Origin: Mobula hypostoma | Lineage: Eukaryota | Direction of reading: 5' to 3' | DNA length: 64,000 nt | NCBI RefSeq assembly: GCF_963921235.1 | Contig: NC_086097.1 | Span: 46,936,001-47,000,000 of the forward strand | Shown: in pieces, positions 48,801 to 60,243 of the stretch | Position numbering within the stretch: the first letter of the stretch is position 1 | Layout of the letters: every line of letters begins with the position of its first letter | Translations under genes and position numbers: made by a program | Notes under the pieces: model-generated | Database searches by the model: none | Seen by the model: the letters and a program-made list of their open reading frames with translations, nothing else | Told to the model about the DNA's origin: nothing

Positions 48801-51800
48801 AGCGCAGGACGAGGCACACAGACAGGACGAGAGAACTGCAGCGCAGGACGAGGCACACCAACAGGACGAGAGAACTGCAGCGCAGGACGATGCACACGGA
48901 CAGGACGAGAGAACTGCAGCGCAGGACGAGGCACACGGACAGGACGAGGGAACTCCAGCATAGGACGAGGCACACAGACAGGATGAGGGAACTCCAGCGC
49001 AGGACGATGCACGTAGACAAGACAAGAGAACTGCAGCGCAGGACGAGGCACACGGACAGGACGAGAGAACTGCAGCACAGGACGAGGCACACGGACAGGA
49101 CGAGAGAACTGCAGCGCAGGACGAGGCACACGGACAGGACGAGAGAACTCCAGCGCAGGACGAGGCACACCAACAGGACGAGAGAACTGCAGCGCAGGAC
49201 GAGGCACACGGACAGGACGAGAGAACTGCAGCGCAGGACGAGGCACACGGACAGGACGAGAGAACTGCAGCGCAGGACGAGGCACACGGACAGGACGAGA
49301 GAACTGCAGTGCAGGACGATGCACACGGACAGGACGAGAGAACTGCAGCGCAGGACGAGGCACAAGGACAGGACGAGAGAACTCCAGCGCAGGACGAGGC
49401 ACACGGACAGGACGAGAGAACTCCAGCGCAGGACGAGGCACACGGACAGGACGAGAGAACTGCAGCGCAGGACGAGGCACACAGACAGGACGAGAGAACT
49501 GCAGCGCAGGACGAGGCACACCAACAGGACGAGAGAACTGCAGCGCAGGACGATGCACACGGACAGGACGAGAGAACTGCAGCGCAGGACGAGGCACACG
49601 GACAGGACGAGAGAACTGCAGCGCAGGACGAGAGAACTGCAGCGCAGGACGAGGCACACGGACAGGACGAGAGAACTGCAGCGCAGGACGAGGCACACGG
49701 ACAGGACGAGAGAACTGCAGCACAGGACGAGGCACACGGACAGGACGAGAGAACTGCAGCGCAGGACGAGGCACACGGACAGGACGAGAGAACTGCAGCG
49801 CAGGACGATGCACACGGACAGGACGAGAGAACTGCAGCGCAGGACGATGCACACGGACAGGACGAGAGAACTGCAGCGCAGGACGAGGCACACGGACAGG
49901 ACGAGAGAACTGCAGCGCAGGACGAGGCACACGGACAGGACGAGAGAACGGCAGTGCAGGACGAGGCACACGGACAGGACGAGAGAACTCCAGCGCAGGA
50001 CGAGGCACAGGGACAGGACGAGAGAACTCCAGCGCAGGACGAGGCACACGGACAGGACGAGAGAACTGCAGCGCAGGACGAGGCACACGGACAGGACGAG
50101 AGAACTCCAGCGCAGGACGAGGCACACGGACAGGACGAGAGAACTCCAGCGCAGGACGAGGCACACGGACAGGACGAGAGAACTCCAGCGCAGGACGAGG
50201 CACACGGACAGGACGAGAGAACTGCAGCGCAGGACGAGGCACACGGACAGGACGAGAGAACTGCAGCACAGGACGAAGCACACGGACAGGACGAGGGAAC
50301 TCCAGCATAGGACGAGGCACACAGACAGGATGAGGGAACTCCAGCGCAGGACGAGGCACGTAGACAAGACAAGAGAACTGCAGCGCAGGACGAGGCACAC
50401 GGACAGGACGAGAGAACTGCAGCACAGGACGAGGCACACGGACAGGACGAGAGAACTGCAGCGCAGGACGAGGCACACGGACAGGACGAGAGAACTCCAG
50501 CGCAGGACGAGGCACACCAACAGGACGAGAGAACTGCAGCGCAGGACGAGGCACACGGACAGGACGAGAGAACTGCAGCGCAGGACGAGAGAACTGCAGC
50601 GCAGGACGAGGCACACGGACAGGACGAGAGAACTGCAGCGCAGGACGAGGCACACGGACAGGACGAGAGAACTGCAGTGCAGGACGATGCACACGGACAG
50701 GACGAGAGAACTGCAGCACAGGACGAGGCACAAGGACAGGACAAGAGAACTCCAGCGCAGGACGAGGCACACGGACAGGACGAGAGAACTCCAGCGCAGG
50801 ACGAGGCACACGGACAGGACGAGAGAACTGCAGCGCAGGACGAGGCACACGGACAGGACGAGTGAACTGCAGCGCAGGACGAGGCACACGGACAGGACGA
50901 GAGAACTGCAGCGCAGGACGATGCACACGGACAGGACGAGAGAACTGCAGCGCAGGACGAGGCACACGGACAGGACGAGAGAACTGCAGCGCAGGACGAG
51001 GCACACGGACAGGACGAGAGAACGGCAGCGCAGGACGAGGCACACGGACAGGACGAGAGAACTGCAGCGCAGGACGAGGCACACGGACAGGACGAGAGAA
51101 CGGCAGCGCAGGACGAGGCACACGGACAGGACGAGAGAACTGCAGCACAGGACGAAGCACACGGACAGGACGAGAGAACTCCAGCGCAGGACGAGGCACA
51201 CGGACAGGACGAGAGAACTCCAGCACAGGACGAAGCACACGGACAGGACGAGAGAACTGCAGCGCAGGACGAGGCACATGGACAGGACGAGAGAACTGCA
51301 GCGCAGGACGAGGCACACGGACAGGACGAGAGAACTGCAGCGCAGGACGACAGAACTCCGGGATAGGATGAGGGAACTTCGGGATAGGACGAGGGAACTC
51401 CGGGACAGGACGAGGGAACTCCGGGACTGGACGAGGGAACTCCGGGACAGGACCAGGGAACTCCGGGACTGGACGAGGCACACGGACTGGATGAGAGAAC
51501 TCCAGCACAGGATGTGGCACACGGACTGGACGAGACAACTCCGGGACAGGACGAGGCACACAGGACAGGATGAGGGAACTCCAGCACAGGGCAAGGCACA
51601 CGGACAGGAGGAAAGAACTCCAGCACAGGACAAGGCACACGGACTGGATGAGAGAACTCCATCACAGGACGAGGCACACGGACTGGACGAGAGAATTCCA
51701 GCACAGGACGAGGCACATGGACAGGACGAGAACACGAAGCCTTGACTTGGTACTCAGGAACAGCCAAGCCTTGGACTTGGGACGACAGGAACGCAGAACA

Positions 51801-52535
51801 CAAAGCCTTCGTCTTGGGGAGGACAGGAACATAGAGCCTTGGTCTCGAGCATGGGAACACGGAGCCTTGGACTTGAGTGACAGGAACACAGAGCCAGGAC
51901 CCCTCCTTGGGATCAGGACTTTGGGCCGGGACTCGTACACAGAACACAGAGCCAGGACACCTCCTTTGGAGTAGGACTTGGGGCTGGGGCTCTACACAGA
52001 ATGCTGAATACGACAAGATGGTTCCCAACACTAGGTAGCGGCAAACGGCCGGACCTACCCAGCGAAGGCGTGGACACAGAGACAGATCCAACTCAACAAT
52101 AGACAGTTCCTTATCTTGACACAGCAAGGCTCCGGTCTCGCTCTGGTGGTTGAACTAGACACAAGTTGCAGGCAAGGCTTCAGACACAGGTTGCAGGCAA
52201 GGCTCCAGAAGGAAGGGGAAGGGAAGGCTCAGGGTAACGGCAAAGGCAGCCTGGCTTACCCAACAGAGGCTAGGATAGGAAAGGTGCAGATCCAACCGCA
52301 GGGAAACGGCAAAGCCAGCCTGACTTACCCCACAGGGGCATGGATGGGATACTGATGAGACGTACCAGCCCTCACACTCGAACCCAGGGCCACTTATATT
52401 CCCAGACCCAAGACGAGCATCAGGTGGCTATGATTAAGCCCAACTGAAACAAGGGACAGCTGGAAGACCCAGAGTCCGGAGTCCACGGACTGGACCATGA
52501 ACCAGAACGCGGATTTCACGGACTGGACCATGACA
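45878..52535 (-). mobile_element. Solo LTR-like element, copy 4, expanded to 6658 bp
   Basis: TGTCA(45878)...TGACA(52535) with 5-bp TSD TTTGC. Both arms are homologous to copy 1. Confidence 0.9.
46352..51732. repeat. 39-bp minisatellite, roughly 140 units
   Basis: Unit CAGGACGAGGCACACGGA + CAGGACGAGAGAACTGCAGCG (18+21 bp, sharing CAGGACGAG). Edges are more divergent than the core. Confidence 0.98.
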
Positions 52536-55500
52536 TTTGCATCCTATCGATGCCCCGCTGTAACCTCCGACAGCTCTCCACACTATTCACAACACCACCA
52601 ACCCTGGGAAAAAGCCTCTGACTATCCTTACAATCAATGCCTCTCATTATGTAATAGAGGGAGAAGAATTAAAAGTGAAAAAGTCACAAAAGTATCAGAC
52701 AGGACAGACTGGAGGGCTCGTGCGGCTCGTCTAATGGGGCTATATGGGTGGAACTGAGGAATAAGAAAGAGATAAATAACCATGTTAATGGGATTATATT
52801 ATAGATCTTCCAAAATCAGCAAGGAACTTAGAAGAGCAAATTTGTTGAGAGATAGTGGATAGTTGCAAGAAAAATATATTTGTGATAGCAGGTGATTTTA
52901 AATTTCCACATGTTGATTAGGACCCCCAAACTGTGAAAGGATGGAATGGGATAGAGTTTATCAAATGTATTCAGGAAAGTTTCCTTAAAAACTATACAGA
53001 TGTCCCAGCTATGGAGTGTGATACTAGATCTCCTTTTCGGGAACTGAACTGGTCAAGGGCAGGTGACAGAGATGTACGTAGGGGAACGGTTTGGATCTAG
53101 TGATCATAATTGAAAGAGTTTCAAGATAATTATGGAGAAGGATAGGTCTGGTCCTTGGACTGAGATTCTAAATTGGAGAAAGGCCAATTTTGATAGCATC
53201 AGGAAGGATCTGGCAAGTGTGGATCGGAACAGGTTGTTTTCTGTCAAAGGGGTGTGTGGCAAGTGGGAGGGCTTCGAAAATGAAATATTAAGAATACAGA
53301 GTTTGTATGTTCCTATCAGAATAAAAGGCAATGCTAACAGGTTTATGGAAACTTGGTTTTCGAGGAATACTTAGGCCCCGGTTAAAAAGAAGAAGGAGGT
53401 GCATAGCAGGTGTAGGCAGCAAGGAACAAGTGAGGTGCTTGAGGAGTATAAAAATGCAAGAAGTACAAGAGGGAAATAAAGCATGAGGTTGCTTTGGCAG
53501 ACAAGGTGAAGGACAATCCCAAAAGCATCTACAGAAATATAAGTATTACGTATAAAAGGAAAGCAAGGTTCAAAACTGCTCCACTTTAAGATCAGCATGG
53601 TCAACTATGTCTGAAGTCGAAAGGAATGGGAGAGATCTTAAATGGATTTTTTGTGCATCTGTATTTATGTGGGAGACAGGTGCAGAGTCTATAGAACTGA
53701 GGCAAAACAGTAATGAGGTCATGGACTGTGTCCAGATTACAGAAGAAGAGGCACTCACTGCCTTAAGGCAAATTAGGGAGGATAAGTCCCAAGGGACTGA
53801 CAAGTGTCCCCTTGGACCTTGTGGATAGCTAATGCAGAAATTGCAGGGGCCCATGCGGAAGTATTTTAAACATTCTTAACCACGCGGGAGGTGCCGGAAA
53901 ACTGGAGCATAGCTAATGTGTTTCATTGTTCAAGAAAGGCTCTCAGAATAAGATGAGAAATTATAGCCTGGTGAGCCTGATGTCAGTAATGGGTTAATTA
54001 TTGGAAGGAATTCTGTATATGGAAAGACTGGGTCTAATTAAGAATAGTTAACATGGCTTTGTGCATTGTAGGTCCTGTATATCCAATATCATAGAGTATT
54101 TCTCGGAGGTTATCAGGAAAGTTGATGAAGAAAAGGCAGTGGATGCTGTCTACATGGACTTTAGCAAGACCATGACAAGGTCCCAAATGGGAGGCTGGTC
54201 AAGAAGTTTCAGTCACTGAGCATTCAGGATGAAGTAGTAAATTGGATTCAACATCGGCTTAGATAGATAGATATACTTTATTGATCCTGAGGGAAATTGG
54301 GTTTTGTTACAGCCGCACCAACCAAGAATAGAGCATAGATATAGCAGTACAAAAACCACAAACAATCAAACAACAAAATGCAAACTATGCCAGATGGAAA
54401 AAGGTCCAGGAGCAGTCTATTGGCTCAGGCTTAGTAGAAGAACCCAGAAAGTGATATTCGATTCTCTGACTGGAGGCCTGTGACTAGTGGTGTGCTGTAG
54501 AGGTTGGTACTGCGTCCATTGTTGTTTATCATCCATACCAATAATCTGGATGATAATGTGGTCAGCTGGATCAGCAAATTTGCAGACGACTATCAAAGCT
54601 TGCAGCGGAATCTGGACCATCTGGAAAAAGGGGCTGAAAAATAGCACATGAAGCAGACAAGTGTGAGGTGTTGTACTTTGGGAGGACAAACCAGGATAGG
54701 ACTTATACAGTGAATGGTAGGGCATTGAAGAGTGCAGTGGAACAAATGGATCTGGAAATATAGAACCATAATTCTTTAAAAGTGTTGTCAAAAGTAGATA
54801 CTGTAGAGCTGTAAAGAGCGTTTTTGACACATTGGCCTTCATAAATCAGAGCAATGAGTGCAGGACTTGGGATTTTATGATAAAATTGGTTAAGATGTTA
54901 GTGAAGACTAATGCCGAGTATTGTGTGCAGTTCTGGTCATGTACCTACAGGAAAGATAATAATAAGGTAGAAAGAGTACAGAAAAACATTACAAGGACTC
55001 TGCCAAGACTTGAGGACCCGTGTTATAGGGAAAGGTTGGATAGTTTAGGACTTTATTCTCCGGACCATAAGAGAATGAGAGGAGAGTTAAAAGATGTATA
55101 AAAAATTATGATGGCTATATGTAGGGTAAATGCAAGATTTTTTCCATTGAGGTTGGGTGACATTAGAACCTGAGGTCATAGGTTAGGGGTGAAAGGAAAT
55201 AGTTAAGGGGAACTTCTTCACTTAGAGTGTGGTGTGAGTGTGGAATAAGCTGCCAGCAGAAGTTGTGGATGTGGATCTGATTGCAACATTAAAATATGTT
55301 TGGATAGGTAGTCATACTTTATTGAGCCCGGGGGAAATTGGTTAAAGAATGGAAAGGGTATGGAGGGCTCTGATCCAGGTGTGTATCGTTGAGACTAATC
55401 AGAATAACAGTTTGGCATGGAGTAGATGAGCCAAAGTGTTTGTTTCTACGCTGTATTGCTCTATGACTCTATGACGTAAAAGCATCGGAAGCAGTCCAAA

Positions 55501-56359
55501 AGAGATTAAGCAAGCATGTTCTGGGATGAGAAGGCTGTCCCATCAAAAGAGGCTAATCGTGTTGGGTCTGGATTCTATGGATATTCAAAGAAGGAGGGGT
55601 GATCTTATTGAAAAAATACAGAATCCTAAAGGGGCATTCCAGGGTTGATGTAAAGAAAAGTTTACTGATGGAAGAGTCTCAGATGGGAGGTGGGGAGGGC
55701 ATAGTTTTTCTCCCCCTATTAGTACAGCTTGGCCAACCATCCTTTGTTTGTGTAAATCTTATCAGAGATATTCCATTTATTCAATCCACCTTCCATCCCC
55801 CTCCCATTCTCTCTATGAATGAAAAATAACTTGTTTTTTCTTTTTCCTGGATCTGACAAAGAGCCTTAGATGTAACCATTAACAGATTATATCTTAACTA
55901 CTGAGTGTTTATAGCATTTTCAGTTTTCATTTCAGATTTTGGTTTATGCAGGTGTTTAAACTAACAAAAATATTTCATGTAAGATCAATATGGAAATGTT
56001 TAATTATGCATAGATCAAGGTTTTAGCATTTTTTTGAAAAAAACTGGCCAAAGAGCAACAAACTGTGGCCAATATAGTATTGAAGTTACGTTACCTAGTT
56101 GGAATGTGTGTAGGGTATTGAAGAAGTTACCACTAGGATCCCTACTGTTTGTAATTTACATCAGTGACATGGATTCAGTCTCACTATGAGCTGGTAACAT
56201 TTTCAAATGATACAAATCTAGGAGAGGCAAACCCACTGAGACAATGTGCACATTCTGAAGGCAATTTATTCCAGACAAGTATACAGTGAGAAACAGAAAA
56301 AATTACATACCTTATGAATGGCATTGAAATCTTTAAGAATAATTAAGGATAATATAAGG

Positions 56360-57070
56360 TCACATCATATTCCATCTAAGTAGTCTCCAACCTGATGGCA
56401 TCAACATCGATTTCCCCTTCCGGTAACTTTTTCCCTTTCCCTTCCCTCTTCTTCTACTCCCTGCTCTGCCTCTTACTTCTTCTCCTTACCTGCCTATCGT
56501 CTACCCCCTGGTGCCCCTCATTCGTCCCTTTCTCCCATGGTCCATTCACCTCTCCTATCGGATTCCTTCTTCTCCAGTCCTTTAACTTTCCCATCCACCT
56601 GACTTCACCTCTCTTTCTAGCTAGTCGTACTTCCCTTCTCCCCACCTATTTATTCTGGCATATGCCCCCTTCCCTTTCAGTTTTGAAGAAGTGTCTTGGC
56701 CCGAAATGTTGACTGTTTATTTATTTCCATAGATGCTCCCTCCAGCATTTTGTGTGCATTGCTCTAGATTTCCAGCAGCTCCACAATATCTTATGTTTCT
56801 AATCTGCAGCCCTTTGTTACCTCCAGCCTCTGTCAATATTTCCACTTTCCCCCCTCCATCTGCCTATTGCTCCTCCTCACATGGATCTACCTATCACTTG
56901 TTAGTTCTTGCTCCATTCCTCCCTTCTACCTTTCAGTCCAAATGAAGGGTCTCAACCCAAAACATCGACTATTAGCTTCCCTGCAAAGAAGCGGCCTGAC
57001 TCGTAGACTTCCTCGAGCAGGTTGTTTTGCTTTGCTCCAGATTCTAGCATCTGCAGTGTCTTATGTCCTA
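56360..57070 (+). mobile_element. Penelope-like element 3' region with two tandem hammerhead-like motifs
   Basis: HIIFHLSSLQPDGINIDF (GIY-YIG C-terminus-like); decayed hammerheads at 56678-56715 and 56934-56970. Confidence 0.78.
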
Positions 57071-57779
57071 TATTAGATTATTGTGCATATCCCCAAGACT
57101 CATCTTTTCAACCTGCTAAAACAGTGTTTTCCGACTATGATGATACTGCCTTCTTCCCTTGGGCATATATTATTGCTAGATGAAGGCACAAAATAAATGC
57201 AACTTATTACTGAAGGCAATGTAAGAAAGAACCGCATGGATGTCCAAGCATGAATATTTGCTTTTAAATGTTAACACGTACCTTAAAAATTCCCTAGGTA
57301 TTGAAATATTAAACTTTACAGTAGATTCCAACAATCTCATCCTAAGTTTTATCAACTTTAAAACGTTACTGAGACCAGGAAAGAGTTGACATAAACGGTC
57401 GCACAGATAATTTATATAGTATTATAAACTAAATACGCAGATCAAGCTGAGGGCAGAGCGATAACATGATTGGTTATAGCATGATAGAGTTCTACGCCTT
57501 TAAACAAATACCCGTATTTCCCTGTAATTGGGTCTATCGTATGTTTGGAACACGCACTGAATCGATAACCAGTTTAATTCAACGTCTAATGTTGACAAGT
57601 TGTAACGACGAGACCCCTTCCCCTGGCAAGCCGGTGTATTTGTAACTTCGCCCACTGGTGGTCCAAAGGTCTAGGGTAGTCAGATCCATTATGTGGCTAG
57701 ACTCGTTACTTTGGCTGACGGTGTACTGTGAAGCTCCCTGTCACACTGAACCAACCTCTTACCTGCTTCTCTCAGTACC

Positions 57780-58140
57780 TTTAAATCTCCAGCCGCCGCT
57801 TCCGCTCCCACCAATGGGTGGGAAGGCGGCGGGTGACGCGCTTCCTGCCGCTGCCCTGGGCTTGGCGATCAGTCTGGGAGAGCGGGGCAGCCATTTTCAC
57901 GAGACCCTCTCTCTCTCTCTCCCCCTCCCCTTCCCCCCCCCCACCCACCCGACAGCCCGTGCATCTCTGGCCCCGCTCCGGCATCGTTCTCTTGCCGCGG
58001 CCTCCATGTTTGGCGAGCGAGAAGCCGAGTTTGGATCGTCACGTCTTTCGTGTCCGGAGCCGGGAAACTGTGCGCTGGCCGCTGAGCGTTCGCCCCACTG
58101 AAGCCGGGCCTTGTTATTGAGGCTGACAAGACAGCGGGTT
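57780..58140 (+). promoter_or_regulatory. MARK3 CpG-island promoter / start of 5' UTR
   Basis: CpG-rich. CCAAT (57811), TGACG half-CRE (57834), ETS-like CTTCCTG (57841), YY1-like GCCATTTT (57890-57897). Confidence 0.75.
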
Positions 58141-58452
58141 TACCTTGGTGTAGCAGGCTCTGGACATAGACCTCAACAATCGGCAGCCTTTGAAAAATAA
58201 TTGCACTAGAACATTTCTTAATCTCCTGGCACATTATTTAGATGTAAAAATGTGGACGGTTCTAAAGGGTGTTTGACTTCACCAGGTGTGTACTTGTTAA
58301 AGGCTGCTGGATGTCACACGGTATAAAATACAATCACTGGTGCCGGCTTAAGTGAAAGCCCACTGTCTGTGAACATTTCGCTACTCATGCTGTGTTGAAT
58401 CGAGTCTTCTACAATTACTTCGGTGCTAAATTGCAACTAGAAGAAAAACAAA

Positions 58453-58503
58453 ATGTCTACTCGAACGCCATTACCTACAGTGAATGAACGCGAAACAGAA
58501 CAT
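58453..58503 (+). CDS. MARK3: MAP/microtubule affinity-regulating kinase 3, first coding exon (gene continues beyond the window)
   Basis: AAA-ATG MSTRTPLPTVNERETEH|GTAAGT, nearly identical to the MARK3 N-terminus MSTRTPLPTVNERDTEN. EIF5-MARK3 adjacency matches the human gene order. Confidence 0.95.
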
Positions 58504-59214
58504 GTAAGTAATTTTTCATAGAGTCAAAGACGCTGCAAAGTGGAACAGGAATATTGTAGAACCTGTGAACATGAGTGTAAATGCCCTACCTGGCCTTGGC
58601 CAAGTATGCCTTGGAAATAATATAAATAACATGCTCGTAAACTGGAATTCAAGCTTCAAGTTGGGGTTTTAAAAATGCATTCAACGTGATGTTTGTATAT
58701 CTCCACACCCCTATTTCCTCCTCCTTTGTGTCAGGTTTTGGAGAGTTAGCAGGTGTCAATCCATGTCACACAGGCGTTGGATTTGATAATTAGTTGTTTA
58801 GTTCATCGAGTGTTCACCAAGTTCCGCTTTATAGAATCCATGTTGTAAAGTATGAATTGAAATCAGGTTATTAAGACATCGCCTCAAAAAAATGATGTGA
58901 TTTCAGAATAATCCATTTAAAAATGAACGTTTGTCAGGAAACAGTATTTTCAAAGAAAATTTTGCAGCGGGGATTCATCTTTCTGATATGACATACGTTC
59001 TACATACAGTACATAAACGGGTACTAATAATGGTCAAGACACTCAGAATTAATGATAACTTAATTCAACTGCTTTATTGTTATTGCTAATTTGCTTTCAA
59101 GTGTTTGTGGATTTGGCTGAAAGTTGTAGAAAGCAAAACCATTATTTGGATATCCTGAATATGTATAATGATAGTTTAAATGTTCCAATATGGGGCTCAG
59201 TAAAGTGAGTTTCT

Positions 59215-59432
59215 TCATAGAGATTCTGGAAATCTGAAATAAAAATATAAAACAATGGTAAAATTCAGTAGATTGGACAAAAACTATAGAGGGATTGCAG
59301 AGATCAAGTTTCAGGACAAGGATATTTTGTTGTGAAAGGTAATCGACTCGAAACATCAGTTTTGTTCCCCTCTCCACAGATGCTCCTTAGTTTTAGTATT
59401 TCCAGCGTTTTCTGTTATGGTTTCAGATTTTG
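59215..59432. mobile_element. Old inverted pair of Penelope-like tails
   Basis: CTGGAAATCTGAAATAAAAA is inverted relative to GTTTTCTGTTATGGTTTCAGATTT; hammerhead remnant GAAAGGTAATCGACTCGAAACATC. Confidence 0.45.
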
Positions 59433-60243
59433 AATATGTTAGTGATATCCCATTTTCAAGGTTGGAACTAGTTGGCTAATTATTTCAAGAAGTATAATCG
59501 GGAGCAAAATTAGAATCTGATTTTATTATCACTGTATATGTTATGTGAAATTTGTTGATTTGATTAATTATCCAACATATGAAAAGAATTAATGTTTGCA
59601 GTGGCCTGCTCGAATTGTTTAGAAAGAAAACAGACCAATTAAAGTTTTTGTTCTTCCAAACTTTCAGGTTGATAAAATATTAAGGATGTAGTAATTATAC
59701 AAATACATATGTATCTTTTTAGACAGTTTCTCAGGATTGATGACAACTTGCTTCTAACCCAGGTTTATGGACTCCAAAGTGGCTAATGAGACCAATTTGG
59801 GTACCACAGATTCTTTCACTGATGGGATAGATTGGTTCTTGACAGCAAATTATTTTTAAAGAATTACTTTCTTTTGTGGCACCTCATTTTCACAATCTGT
59901 TCCCACAAATAAATTGCTTTGAGATGAATACTTTCAAGAAGTTCAATAAAATCCACAACCTCTGGGAGACAGGTTCCTGAACGAAGAATACATGTCTATT
60001 TCTGGTGGCAATTTGAAAGACATTTACTGTTGTAGTTTAAAAGATATAGTTGATAAATTAATATTAGCTTCTCATGTAATGTGAGAAATGCACATTTTGT
60101 AAAAACTATATTGTTCTTGTATTCTATTGAGCCACTTTATTTTGAGAAATATCTGTAGATTTTGGCTTCAAAGCACTTAGTGTTGCCCATTTGCCCACTT
60201 TCTTTGAGAAGTCTAGATTTTTCTAGTCCCAGTTTCTTAGATA

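Larger units (their letters stand above)
45051..52650 (-). mobile_element. CR1 LINE 3' fragment (45051-45877 + 52536-52650) split by LTR copy 4
   Basis: LYRTLVRPYLEYCAQFWSPHYRKD; the sequence rejoins across the TTTGC TSD. Confidence 0.9.
44560..55475 (+). mobile_element. Long CR1 LINE on +, interrupted at about 45051-52650
   Basis: Endonuclease start (IVAIIETWLQE) before 45050 continues after 52655 (GDF, SDH, RT motifs). Tail (CTATGACT)n at about 55460. Confidence 0.8.

Noticed and set aside
46352..51732. CRISPR-like array (constant CAGGACGAG alternating with other sequence)
   Set aside because: The intervening segments are themselves repeated rather than unique spacers; the context is eukaryotic with no cas genes. 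It is a minisatellite.
46029..52127. Giant ORFs as real genes (keratin-associated, trichohyalin-like or zonadhesin-like)
   Set aside because: They lie wholly inside a TSD-flanked LTR element. Several frames are open at once because the unit lacks stops. The minus-strand ORFs start at TTG or GTG, and there are no non-repeat domains.
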